In this document: one piece after another, positions 41,201-52,932 of the stretch
How positions within the stretch are numbered: the first letter of the stretch is position 1
Layout: each line of letters begins with the position of its first letter
NCBI GenBank assembly: GCA_963924565.1
Contig: OZ004612.1
Coordinates: forward strand, 12,152,001-12,216,000
Direction: 5' to 3'
From: Ascidiella aspersa
Taxonomy: Eukaryota
Length of the DNA: 64,000 nt
Notes under the pieces: model-generated
The model's database searches: none
Told to the model about the DNA's origin: nothing
The model's input: the letters and a program-made list of their open reading frames with translations, nothing else
Program-made: the position numbers and the translations under genes

Positions 41201-44200
41201 AAGAACAAAAAAACGGGATCAATGTCGGGTAAGGGCGGGCGCTAAATCACAATCTGTCGCTGGCAATGTGAAAATGCAAGAAGGACCAAGGCAAAGACAA
41301 TGACTCGACCCTCGCCGACAGCCGTTGACGGAGGACGCCGAGCTATATTCGATTGTGGCAACCAAGGGATGAATACCGCGTCTTATTTGAATAAACAAAT
41401 GAAGCTTACCGGCTTTCAGGGCGGCGGTTCCGTTGCACAGGTCGGCGAACTGCTGTGGCGCCTTCTCGGCGAGGAAGTTCTGCGTTAAAGAGAGCGCAGA
41501 AGGTTAGAGAATGTCGATTGTTCTGTATATATAGAGAGTATAAAAAGCGACCTTGTGCAACGCGCTATAAATAGACTGGGGGGAACTGGCCATGCAAATG
41601 TTATTTCGGACGCCATTCTTTCCGAAAATAAACGTCCGCGCTGGCGCGACCCAAACGGCATTAACATAGCCGAAGCGTCAAAACAACACAATAAACCCAT
41701 GCGGTAAATGCCAGACGACGGCGCGTCGTTTTTCAGCCATTAACATGAACGCTGCGCCAGAAAAACGGGAAAAGGGCGTTGGCTTCCGCAAAGCATGAAG
41801 CTGCGGGCTTTTCATATGAGTCTAGACGCGCGCGTGTGACTTTTTGTTGCCCGAGTTGACGAACGTCGTAAAAAGCCATTAACCCCGAATAATTGGCAGC
41901 CGAGAGTAATTCGCCAAGCGAGGTGACTAAAAGACCTGCGATATTTTTTCGGCATCGTGGCCTGCATTGCACGGCTAATGCCGCGCTTGCCCGCGAGCCG
42001 GTCGCGGCGTGATGAATTATTAAAAAGTTCGACCCGCGGTGGCACAACATGGCACGCGTTTTGCAAAACAACCGTCGAACATGTAATGTTGGCGCTGCAG
42101 AAATACGATCTGGGCGATTAGCGTTTGAGGTTCGTATGTGGTAAACCGATCAGTGTTTTTAAATATAAATTAAATGGTCGTTTTATGGGGGTATTTTTAA
42201 TTATGTAGAATAATATCACGATTTCTTCTTTTTTAAAACAGGAACATTTAAAATATTTTAATATACAGAGTTTTTTAAACCTATACAACACATTACCACA
42301 TGAACAACAAAGTGCTTCCAGCAACTTACCATCATATCGGAGGCTTCCAGTTCGGCGGCCAGGTGAAGGATGTTCTGTCCTTCGGCGTCCTGCGCATGGG
42401 TGTCGGCTCCCCAGCGCAGCAGCACGCTCGCCTTTTCCACGCTACTCGTCTTCACGGCGTAGAGCAGCGGAGTCTGTATAAAGCATAGAGAGCCTTGTGA
42501 GTTTGGCAAATCGCTGCTATTTATGTATAATGTGTTTTGAGAAGATGGACATCGCCTTGATTCACATTTTTAGCATTACAATTAACCTATGTCTTATTAT
42601 ATTTAGTAATGTATAACAGAGTGATTTTTACTCTACATAGTAGCAGTAGCAACTACCCCAAACCCAACGAAAGTACAGGCAGCCTGGATGTTCGCAGCGT
42701 TTCAAACAGAGCTATATCCTTCTTTTGCAGCGCTATCGTTTACATTGATTCATGGCGGCGACAGGGAAACAATAAAGCGAAAGAATACAGACTCCCCCGA
42801 TCGTAATACCGGGCGCAATGTTGGGACCGATATGACGACGAATGGGACGCCTGGAGCGGTGTATGACAGCAAAATACACGCGCGCCCTCTTAAAAGCCTG
42901 TTTTGAGAGCTCCCAGAGTAAACCTTCGCCTTGGATAGAGGCAACACGCGACACTATTTTTTCCATTGTCACTTCAAAGAGAGTGGAGATATGTCTAATA
43001 TGCGAGCGAAATCGCTTGCTATTTTGGAATGTAGGCGATAAAAACGGGATAGAGAACGAGACTCTTTTATCAGTTTCAGACATCGCGTCTAGCACCTAGA
43101 CCCCCAGCACATCACACAAAATCGATATACCCAGAACCACACATGACGCCCTGTTTTGACGTCCACTCTTCACTGATTTAATTACTTGATCTCAAAGCCA
43201 GCTAAGCTCGAAATGTTAAGCACCTGTTTCGCGTGTAACGTTTATTCGTTCAGCTAAAAGTGGACTTGGAAATGACACTAGGCGCACGCCCGCCGCTTAA
43301 GATGAAGACCGACGTCAAACGCGCATGGACAGTCGTTCTCACAAATGCAAACTGCAGTCACGGCGACACGTATTGGCTCCGAGCGCCAGACGCGAACCTC
43401 AAAAATTGTTATTTCGCGGAAAAAGGCCATTAAGCGCCCTTGCCAAAGAAACACCCTCAAACGCAGCACCGCTGCTTGTCGCCAGCAAAAATAACAAACA
43501 CGCTCTCATGACGATTTGGGATGATTGTTAAATCATAACCTTGACTACAGTACATATGCATTACTAATTGAATGTAGAACAACGACAAGAAGTTTCCAAC
43601 CGAGCAAAATGTCATCATACTAATCGCATAAAAATCTGAGGCTATAGTTATTTAAGGCTATAGAACAGCGGTTCTCAACCAGTGGGTCATGGATCACTGG
43701 TGGGCCATAAGAACATTTAAGGTGGGCCACAGACCAATTTAAAAAGCTAGATTTAGTTTCATTTGTGTCATTATATTTAATTTTACAGGAATAATGGCTT
43801 GGGGAGGAATTAAAAAGGAATGTAAATTTATTGTTCAGCCATAAGTGTCTTACTAATGCACGGTTGAATAAATAATCTTTTTTAAAATATGTTCTGCTGT
43901 GTTTTGTTCTAAACCTATTTTAAGGCTTTCCTTTCATAAAAATTCTATTGGTCACAGAATTTTTTGCAACGTAAATGGGCCACGAGAGAAAAAAGGTTGA
44001 GAACCACTGCTTTAAAGTTATTTAAGGTTTTGTAAATTCAGGTATAATCATATAGCCATTGGAGACTCAAAACTGGTCGCATTTCATTTTTTGCCAGTTT
44101 CGCTTCACGAAAAAAAAAAAAAAAAAAAAAGTGCGAAAGCCAAGAAAAAAAAAACGTTACTTGCGAAGAAAAAAAATAGCGGTATGATGCAAATACACGC

Positions 44201-47200
44201 GACATGACGACCTCTTCCGTGACCGCACGTCGTGGTCGGGGTCTGACTGGTCGCGAGCGTCGCGAGCCCTTACACATGGAGCTACACGAAAAACCAGTTT
44301 TAACACACTCGATCTCTTTTTTTTAGCAACAAGCGCCGCGAGACCGGAAGAGCGCCTTGTTACGTCACAAAAGAAGAAGCGTCGCGCCTCGCGCCGTTGT
44401 TGGAATGGACCGCAACTGTCTTACCTAACGCCGCCCTGTTTCTAGATACTACATCACGGGAGTCGGCGAGCTGTTTATGATTTCTGCCCGCCACTACCTT
44501 TTGGCGCACGTAATGAATTACTAACCCGAAGAAATATAAGTTGTTCCAAACGAAACTAAAACAAAAAACTTAACTTAGTAACTATATATTTTTAGGATAG
44601 GGCTCTTCTCTGTACAGTGTACGTTTTCGTTACCTTTCGCCGCAAGTCCTAAATTCCCAAGAGAGAACGGTTTTGATAAAAACTGTGAAATGTCGCAAAT
44701 GGCAGCCTGCCAAAAATATACGCTTGGAAATTCCCGAATGCAACACAGAGATTTCATCATTTGAATGACTTGGCTAAAGCAACAGTAATTCCCGTTTTCA
44801 AAAGACCTTTCCAAACTTCCGTGAATACCGTTGAATAAAACTGATATGGGTTTTCCAAAGTGATCACCGACAAGGATCTAACCCCATGCCCTTTAACCCA
44901 CCCGCCCCTGAGCCACTGGCAACCCCAAAGGCGGGCTAAGTTTACGCCATGATGTCATATTCGCAGTGTCTCGGCAAGGGGTGTAAAAATTCCGCCGAAA
45001 CAAAGAGGCCTCTAAGCGGCAACGAGGGCGAATGGCGGCCCCAAGACAATGGCGCCGGATTTCCTATTACTACTTGTATATTGGCCGGCGAGCAGAAGTC
45101 TAAAATCAACCTCAGCGTCGGCTAAAAATAGATCGATGAGCTATCGCGGACTCAACGAGCACTCGACAATGGCGAAATTTACGCGGCGCCGAGAAGCGCA
45201 GGTAGCAGCAGGTCCTCAAACGCGCGCCGATTCTGAAAGGAAAATTTCCCGTTTCGCACGCGCCAGAGCGTGACCCCTTTTTTTCTGTCATTTTCGCGAC
45301 GGGATTTTTTTCGTTCCTCCAAAAAGCACGCGGCAAAAAGAAGCGCCCGCGACCAGCGGAGGTGAATATAGCTACGAACTATTAAAAAGACTGAAAAATA
45401 TTGAACCGAAAGGAAATGCCCGGGTCGTGGCCTAGATCGCGATCTTGCAAGTAAATTTCCCAGGTTTTGTTCGTCGGCAAAGCACAGCGGGCAAAGCCGG
45501 GCTTTGTCACGATTTCTGCTGGCGGCGTGAGGAATTAGCGACGAGGCGAAACAACGCCAGAAGGCTCAGGCACGTTTTCGGGCTTACTATGCGCTCGGCG
45601 TCTGGGAAAATTTGCGCAGACGCGAGTTTTTTTCGAGGCACTTTCGGGCGCCTCGAGGCGGTCGACGGTAGCTTGGTTTTCTCGTAGTTATTTGTAATTG
45701 GCTAAAACTCCTTTAGGCTGCCGAAGCCCTTCGACAGTCGTGAAGGTTGAAAGCTTGCGGTCTGCCAGCAGCACGAGGCCGTGGTGACACGAGCGCTGCC
45801 AATCAGACCACGCCACCTTTCTAGCGCCCCTTCTAAATCAAAGGCTAAACACTGGTGGCGCATCGACGTTAGGGTGATTTTCGTGCTGACTTTAAGCGCT
45901 CTATTCGAGGAGACAGACACGTCAAAAAGCGACCATCTTTTAGTAGGTTTCGTGTGCTTTCACCCAACCCTATCGTTCGGCATCCTAATAAACGTCGGTG
46001 TTCGTTTAATTATCTGTAAAACAGAACGAAGTGCAGCGCGGGATGCGAAGCAAACAAACGAACGGGAGAACCGGTCCGGGAATTCTATGTATAGGGCCGA
46101 AATGGGATGGCGTAGGTCGAAAAGCGCGCGCCCACGGTGTTCCCCGACTAAGTTAAATATCAACCAATGCGTTGCCGCTTTACAGGGTTTTACAGGCTTG
46201 TGTAAAACCAGACTGACAAGAAGGCAGGCTGGGCACGCACCCGTGGCCCTAAAGTACACACTTTAAAGAATTTGCCATATGCGTGTCGCGAACGCTGCAA
46301 TACCTTTGACATTTGCGCTTTTAGCACGGGCTGTTGCTGCCTGTTGTTTGCTTTAGTTGGGCTGTACGGCAAAGGTAAACCCAATTTGTTTTGCCTGCGG
46401 GATTCGCGATGTTATACCGCTCTTGGTTCTCAATGCAACTTATCAGGTCTATTTTTTTAATCTTAATCTGCGTGACGACATAAAACGGATTAAGAAAAGA
46501 GCAAACTGGAAAGACAGCGTTGTCAGTTGCCGGCCGCAAAAAGACGATATGCAGCGTGAATGCAAAACCGTCTATTGCACGCGGCGAACACGATCTAGCG
46601 CGCAGAAATTCCTCCACGTTTTCGTTTAGTTTTAACCCAGTGGAACGAATCCGACCGCCGTAAAGCGCTAAATCTGGCGGTTTTGGCATCCGCGACTACT
46701 TTTAGCTTGACAGTGAAACTGTGCAAATTTGGAAATGACGGGCCTTTCACCGATTAAAAGAGTACGCCAGTGCGAGTGAAGGCTACTCGGTCCCACTGCG
46801 GCAGCGCGCATGCAATTAGGGATGCCTGAAACGGGAGACGCGGGAGATGACAAGTTGCGGATGGCGTCGGACATATCCTGAATCCTGGTCGGGTGGTTTA
46901 GATGCAAAACGGCCTAGATAGGGTTGCACAGAGACCCTTCAAGGGTAAGAAAGAGAAAGGCGCTTCAGAAACCCTGAGATGCTTGGCTAAAAACAAGTTT
47001 TTAGCTTTTTGTAAAAGTAAAATCCTAAACCACAGGTTGCAAAATACATTAAAAATGTTGAGGGTTTTACGCGTATTTTAAACATATGTATACCTCGTTT
47101 ACAGGCATCAGCCGTAAATGCTGAAGTAAAAGCATAAACCGGCACCCTTCTGGGCTAGTTAAGGTTAATGAAAAGGGGTGCCATCGATCCGTGTGCCGCG

Positions 47201-50184
47201 TCATGGCCGTTGACATTAATTCGCCGCTCGTTCTGCACTTTTGGCTGGCATTTCGCGACACAATGCAACCCAGAGCGGCACGTCGCGCGTGTAAAGCCGC
47301 CGTCTAAGTCGTGCTTTTCTATTTCAAAAGAAGAAAAAAAGGGACAGCCCCATTGGTGTCGAGTGCAAGGCGTTAGGTAACGAAACATTGCAACATTCCA
47401 TTTTCGTGCCTTCTCATCGATGTAGGTACAGGGGTTCTTAAACAGGGTCCATGAACCCCTTTGGGGTCCGTGAACTAATTTTAGGGGTCCATGAAGGCCA
47501 AATTAAAATATTAGTGTATATTTAAGAAGTTATCAATTTTTCAAAGAAAAGAGTTTAATAAAAAATAAAACGTTTTAGGAATGTACTTTGATGGGATTGT
47601 GCCGTCATTTTTGAAAATTTCTTGCCTACCGTGGCCCACGCGAAGCAAAAAAATTAAAAAATTAGGGTCCGCGGTAAAAAAAATTAAGAGCCTCTGATGT
47701 TGGTCGATAGGCGTGCGGAATATCAAAGTAGAACATTTATTAAGGCTAAAAGGTTGGCCTATAGCCGCGACTCACCATCCCTTTGGCGTCCTTTAGGTTA
47801 AGCAGGTGCTGCAGATCAACGGCGGATTGCATCTGTCGCAGGTTGGCGATTAGGTTCTGGACACTGTCGCAGATCACCGCTCGGACGACGGCGCCCAGCA
47901 TGTCTGCCAGGCTGCTGTCGTGGCCTGGAGAAACAAAACGTTGCGTCAGTGCCCCAGGCTAACAAGCCTAAACACGCGCGCTCGAAAACGGCACCAAACA
48001 AGCTAGACTTGCACCCAAGGACTACAACCGACTGTTTTTAATGCACAAATAGACGCGAATAACCGCTGCTTACCTGAAACAGGAGCGTAGCTTGACGACG
48101 ACATGAAGGTCACATTTGTGTCTGGAACAAAAAACGAAATATTAATTATAACTGACCGGCCTAGTTTTTATAAAAGTGGAAACAATATTTACCGAATGCC
48201 TGCGAGTTATCGAGACACGAATAGCTCGGAGGAAAGCTGGCAGCGGCGCTGGCGAAATTTTGACTGGTGACGAAGCTTTGCAGGTCGGTAAACTCCGGGG
48301 GCGGGTAGGCGGGCTGGGGGCTGAAAGCGGGGTTGCTGGGGGTTTGGTAGGGTGAGTTGCAGGACACGCTGGAAGCGGCGGGGCTCATGGTTTGGATAAA
48401 GCCGGGGTCGGATCCCATTTGTGCGCCGCAATTCGGGATCTGATCGAAAGCCATGACGTTGGGAGAATGCTGCATCGACATTTCGCCCAGCGGCGAGGCG
48501 TAGGGCCGGCCTACGAGACTTTGGGGGTAAGCGCAATCGGGGAGATTGGAAGGGGGAGGGGTGGAGGAGTAGTTGGAGGTGGGTGAGGGGTAACCGATAT
48601 TGTGGCCCATTGGTGGGGAGGCAACCGGCTGAAAGGGGTCCACGGCCAGGCGCTCCAAGTACTCGGGAGCGATCGGCTGTTGGTTGCCGGGGGAAACGGC
48701 GAAGTTGTTCGGGGACTGGTTTATGAGTGGGTTTTGTGGCTGGAAGGTGGCAGCCCTTGGCTGCTGCTGCTGCGACATGGATGCGTGGCCTGAGGGCCTA
48801 TTAGCGGCTTTCTAAAAATAAAAATAAAAGTAATTAGAAAAAGGTTTTAATCAAGAAATATTGACAAAATATTAATCATTAAATTTTATTCAATAGGTAT
48901 TAAGTATTTAGCGTTAATTTAAGTGGGCAAATATTGATCCACTTATGTTGACCTACCGCTGACTGTCGCAGTTGCTGAAGTACTTCGCGTACTGTTTTCG
49001 GTCTCACTCCAGGGTACACAACTGCAGTTAAAAAATAACACTTTACGGTAAAGGATAAAACGGCAAAAAACGTGGTATACAACTAGAATTTAAGCATATT
49101 CATCACCTTGCAATATGCATATTATAAAAACGTGTGGGCACGAAACTTTTCTGCGATGTTAAAGGAAAGTAATCGAGGCAAAAAATTAACATCTAACCAG
49201 GTCGATTTCCTTCGCTGCGTTTGGCTTGGCTCATCTTTCGCTTGGCTGAAGTCTGTCTCGGTTTACCGTTTCCCGTCTTGGGCTGCAGGCAGCGCTCGAG
49301 CTTCAGGCTAAAACCGCAATAAGCCAGCATAATGTTAGAGGTAGTACACAGTGCATATCATGGCTACATGGATTCCATAGGACGAATGTTGGGCGCGAAG
49401 TAAAGTTTTAAAACAATTGTAGGTTACTGCTGAACTTACACAAACAATCTGTACAAAAAACCTCCGGGGGGCCTAACTTATATTACCAACAAGTGGCGCG
49501 TGGTGGATGATTTGAATGCAAGCGCGCCCGTCATATCATGTAATTAACCACCTGCGCGTCACTCTGTTTAAAGGTAAACCCACGCTGCATATCAACGCAT
49601 CGGTCGACTTATTTTAATTTATCGAAGTAAACGTCGCGGGCTTACATTTGCTTGCTGTTCAGGTCGACGCCGCGCAGACGCCTTTGGCTCGGGTTGGCTC
49701 GCTTGCGATTCTTGGCGCCGGGGAGGGTTTTGTCGACGCCTGGTAGCTGTAGATTGCGGACTGTTGCAGTAGGGTTAGTGCTATTGTTGACGGTCGGTTC
49801 GATCGATTCCAAGAAGCTGTCTATTTCTTGGAATTGGCAGTCGCTGTCGACTTTGTGCAGGTTGAACGCAGTTGGCTTGCTGTCCACCAATTGATCGCGA
49901 AGGTAGCTACTGGCGTCGTAGGCCAAGCCCGGCTGGTTATATGGCCAGGCGCTGAATGGCGGGCGGCCTTCCGTGTATTCTCCGGCGCAGAAACTTTTGG
50001 TGACGAAGTGGGATTCCGGGGGACTTTCCAAGGCGGCGGCGACGAACGTGCCGTTGTTGTTGCCTTTTCGCAGTTCCTGGATAGTGGGCGAGTGGGGTGA
50101 AAGGCCGATGCCTGAGTCGTCGCTTCCAGACGGGCTGGGAACTTCGCCTTGAAAGTTTGAAAAGGCGACCAACGCTTCCATCAT
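38153..50184 (-). CDS. NFKBIZ: Nuclear (atypical) IkB of the IkB-zeta/IkBNS type; 12 exons, 814 aa
   Basis: Exons 50184-49646, 49307-49198, 49021-48957, 48811-48193, 48121-48074, 47924-47776, 42473-42330, 41479-41410, 41189-41101, 40667-40463, 38992-38850 and 38416-38153. All are GT-AG with consistent phases, totalling 2445 nt. Ankyrin repeats: TPLLYAV, NILHLAA, GRTPLHIA, GWSALHMAV, NTALHFAAELQ..AQSAIINLLLDNDADPSAKNHQNQFP. The last resembles recalled IkB-zeta NTALHVAASLQ..GADPSTRNLENEQP. There is a long Pro/Ser/Gln-rich N-terminal half. Confidence 0.82.
38204..38278 (-). repeat. Coding (CAA)2(CAG)23 polyglutamine tract (Q25)
   Basis: Plus strand reads (CTG)23(TTG)2, in the last exon of the IkB gene. 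Confidence 0.95.
43666..44009. mobile_element. hAT (Charlie-like) MITE in IkB intron 6
   Basis: TIR CAGCGGTTCTCAACC / GGTTGAGAACCACTG. The TSD is degenerate (CTATAGAA vs CTTTAAAG). Confidence 0.75.
44726..46087. promoter_or_regulatory. Intronic NF-kB site cluster (candidate autoregulatory enhancer)
   Basis: GGAAATTCCC at 44726, GGGTTTTCC at 44848, GGAAAATTTCCC at 45239, GGAAATGCCC at 45412, GTAAATTTCCC at 45451, GGGAAAATTT at 45604 and GGGAATTCT at 46078. GAS-like TTCCGTGAA at 44817. Confidence 0.55.
47429..47696. mobile_element. hAT MITE
   Basis: CAGGGGTTCTTAA ... TTAAGAGCCTCTG with near-TSD ATGTAGGT / ATGTTGGT and GGGTCC repeats. Confidence 0.6.
48957..49021 (-). other. 65-nt exon 3 encoding an OCA-like POU-binding peptide
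   Basis: Translates as VVYPGVRPKTVREVLQQLRQSA. The frame is fixed by the phase-1 donor of exon 2 and the phase-0 acceptor of exon 4. Confidence 0.7.
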
Positions 50185-52490
50185 TTTTGCTCGGGGAAAT
50201 GCTTGTAGCCAGATCAATCACACACGCATTAACACACGGCGTACTGAGGCAGCAGTTGCTACTTTGCTGTACTAGCGCTTTCCTTTACTAATGCGTTTAC
50301 ACTGCAACACAGAAAACAAAACAACGCTATGTTAGAACCTTTACAACGACCGGCGGCAAACCACTCAGTTTGACGGCTGCGCGATAACGGGCTTCAGCGT
50401 GACGGTCGATTCAAGCTCCTAGGAGCGACACAGCTGTACAGAACGCTCAGTGCACAATGGCCTTCTGCTCAACTACCTCCCGCTATGTTTCGCCCTGCGC
50501 GTAAACAAGTGCGGTCCAGAGAGAAAAAAGGCGCTCGCTTTGGCGCGGACGAGCCACGGCGAGGGCGATCTTTGTTTCTCTTTCGTGAGGCTCGATTCTC
50601 TTTTCTCTCACCCCGCCACCGACGATTATGGGCCTTCTACGTTGCGACTGGGCGCGGCAGCCCGCCTGCTAACGGCCCTCCACAGAAAAGGCACGGACAA
50701 GGGGATGTCTCGTTTTTGTGCCAATGAATCTCCCGCGCCGCTATTTTGGCACTTAAATTTACTCTCTGTTTATTACACGAGGACACGTACTTTCAGAAAA
50801 CGGGAAAGCTGCACGACACAAAAAATGTTTTTTTCGTAAGGGTAGCTTTTATTGGAATACGAAGAGTAAAATATAGTTTTTTAGCAGGGTGATTAAACCA
50901 CTGTTTTAGTTGCTGTATTTATAAAAGCATCGTTTTTTTTTATAATTTCTGCATTTATGTTCTAGAGCCATTCGAGAGAATATTGCATTCGTTTGGCTGT
51001 TTTTAGTCAGTTTGGAAAATTTTGCTCTCTTGCACCGCATGTGTCAATAGTTTACGCATTTTTAAAAAGCGTGCGAAAAAAAATCAATAATAAAACGATG
51101 GCCGTTTCATACAGATTGAGCAGTAAGTTTCCACTGTTGAAAACATATTTTATTTATTACATCTAACCGTTAAGCTTAAGCACATTAATATGTTCTGGCA
51201 TTATAGGGCGTTCCAGCTAGCTAGAACGTTACACAAATGCATGATAGTGCTTCCTCCATGATGAGCTATTTGTTTCCACAGACAACTCGCCACGCCTTAA
51301 AAAATGCAAAATCAGAATGTTGCTAAACTGATAAGAATACTTTAAAGATGTCATGGTGACAAGAACGATTTACGCAACATAAAACGAAACAGGCTTGGAT
51401 GTAAAACAGCCATTTCGAAGACAGCACACGAATCTTTGTAAACATCGGTAACCGATCTAGCTACAGATGAACGTATTTCATGAATTTCATTATTTAAACA
51501 AATTTCATTAATTTTATTATTACTTAAACAAATTTTCACCGATTTGAGCCACGGTAACACCTAATGCAATAAAATAATTTTGTGGAAAATAAAATCACAG
51601 AAGTTTGGGAATAAAATGCATTGAAACAAATAACACAACATATTTTTTTTTACTTTAAATTTTTCGTAGTGCGGTATCTGGGCGTGTTTGGATAAGCACA
51701 AAATTTACATCCGGCCGTTTTATTGTGCATAAACAACAACAGGCCTAATATTTACAATTCTATACGCGACTAGTCTTATTATTACTCAACATTAAATTAA
51801 GCAAACCACAATGGAAACTTTAAACTGGTGATAATGATAAATTACCTTAAAGCTATACTTAAATACATTGTGGTATACCAAGTAATATTTGATCGGTGGT
51901 GTTTTCCAAGGAACACTTGTAAAACTAATAAATATTTTGCGGAACACCTAGCAATCATTTACGGAACACAAGTGTCCGGCAGTACACCGGTTAAAAAACA
52001 CCGATTAAACTCATTAAACAATATCTAACCCTAACCTTAGATGTCCTAAATTAGAATTTTATTAGATGCTGTAGCATGCATTTCCATGGATAAATAACAA
52101 TACCAATCAATTTAGGTCAATGTTTTAAACATATCAGTTTAACTGTAAATTGATAGCAATATTTTCATACTTTTGGACGATCTCAAATCTATTAACGACC
52201 AAATGTAATCGACCTTAAAGTTATACTTAAGTAAGTTTCAAAAACATCACGTCTCTAACTTTGAATACAATCTAACTTTGAATACAGAATTAGTCAATCT
52301 CACCAAATTGAAAAAATGAGTTATTACCATTTACTTTAAAAATATAGATAGGTCGTGATAAATAGGTATTTGAAACATACTTATCTGTACTGTAATGCCT
52401 GTTGTATTCATTTTTACGTATAGGACGTATATACCTTCGACCAAATCTCTAACGCCCTCCAGAGACCAATGGATGATCTACATTGTACAG

Positions 52491-52932
52491 CAGTGTTGTA
52501 ATGACTTGTGCACTTAAGTCACTGTTTTCAAATGACTTGACTTGACTGAGTCATTTGGACAAATGACTTGACTTGGACTTAAGTTATTTGTCATATAACT
52601 TGGGATTAAATTAGGTGTTTTTCATACAAATTTATCTCAAGTTTTACACATTAAAATTAAACAAACACTTTTATTGCTGTGTATTGAGTTTATTTTTTTA
52701 GTTTTTTTAGTTAAATTATTGCTCATAACCGGCAAGTTTACCAATTTTAATAGTTTAACAGTTTACTTTTATGTCAATGACATGACCTGAAGCTGACGTG
52801 CTCTCGTAATACCTTGATGGACCGGACTGGGACTTGTCTTGTTATTTTGGCAAAAAAACTTAACTTGGACTTAAGTTATTTTTTAAATGACTGGGACTTG
52901 AGTCATTTAAAAATGACTTGTTTACAATACTG
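52491..52932. mobile_element. hAT-type MITE of the GACTT-repeat family, copy 2
   Basis: TIR CAGTGTTGTA / TACAATACTG. Flanks TTGTACAG and TTCTACAG match 7/8. Internal sequence aligns with 25935-26441. Confidence 0.8.

Noticed and set aside
17758-44194. Octamer ATGCAAAT/ATTTGCAT sites (17758, 18752, 24747, 25287, 34448, 41592, 44187) as evidence of POU regulation
   Set aside because: The number is not clearly above chance in AT-rich DNA, and the sites are scattered.
45400-46950. Several 60-160 aa ORFs in IkB intron 6
   Set aside because: These are expected in GC-rich non-coding DNA, have no protein-like motifs, and the gene model is in frame without them.
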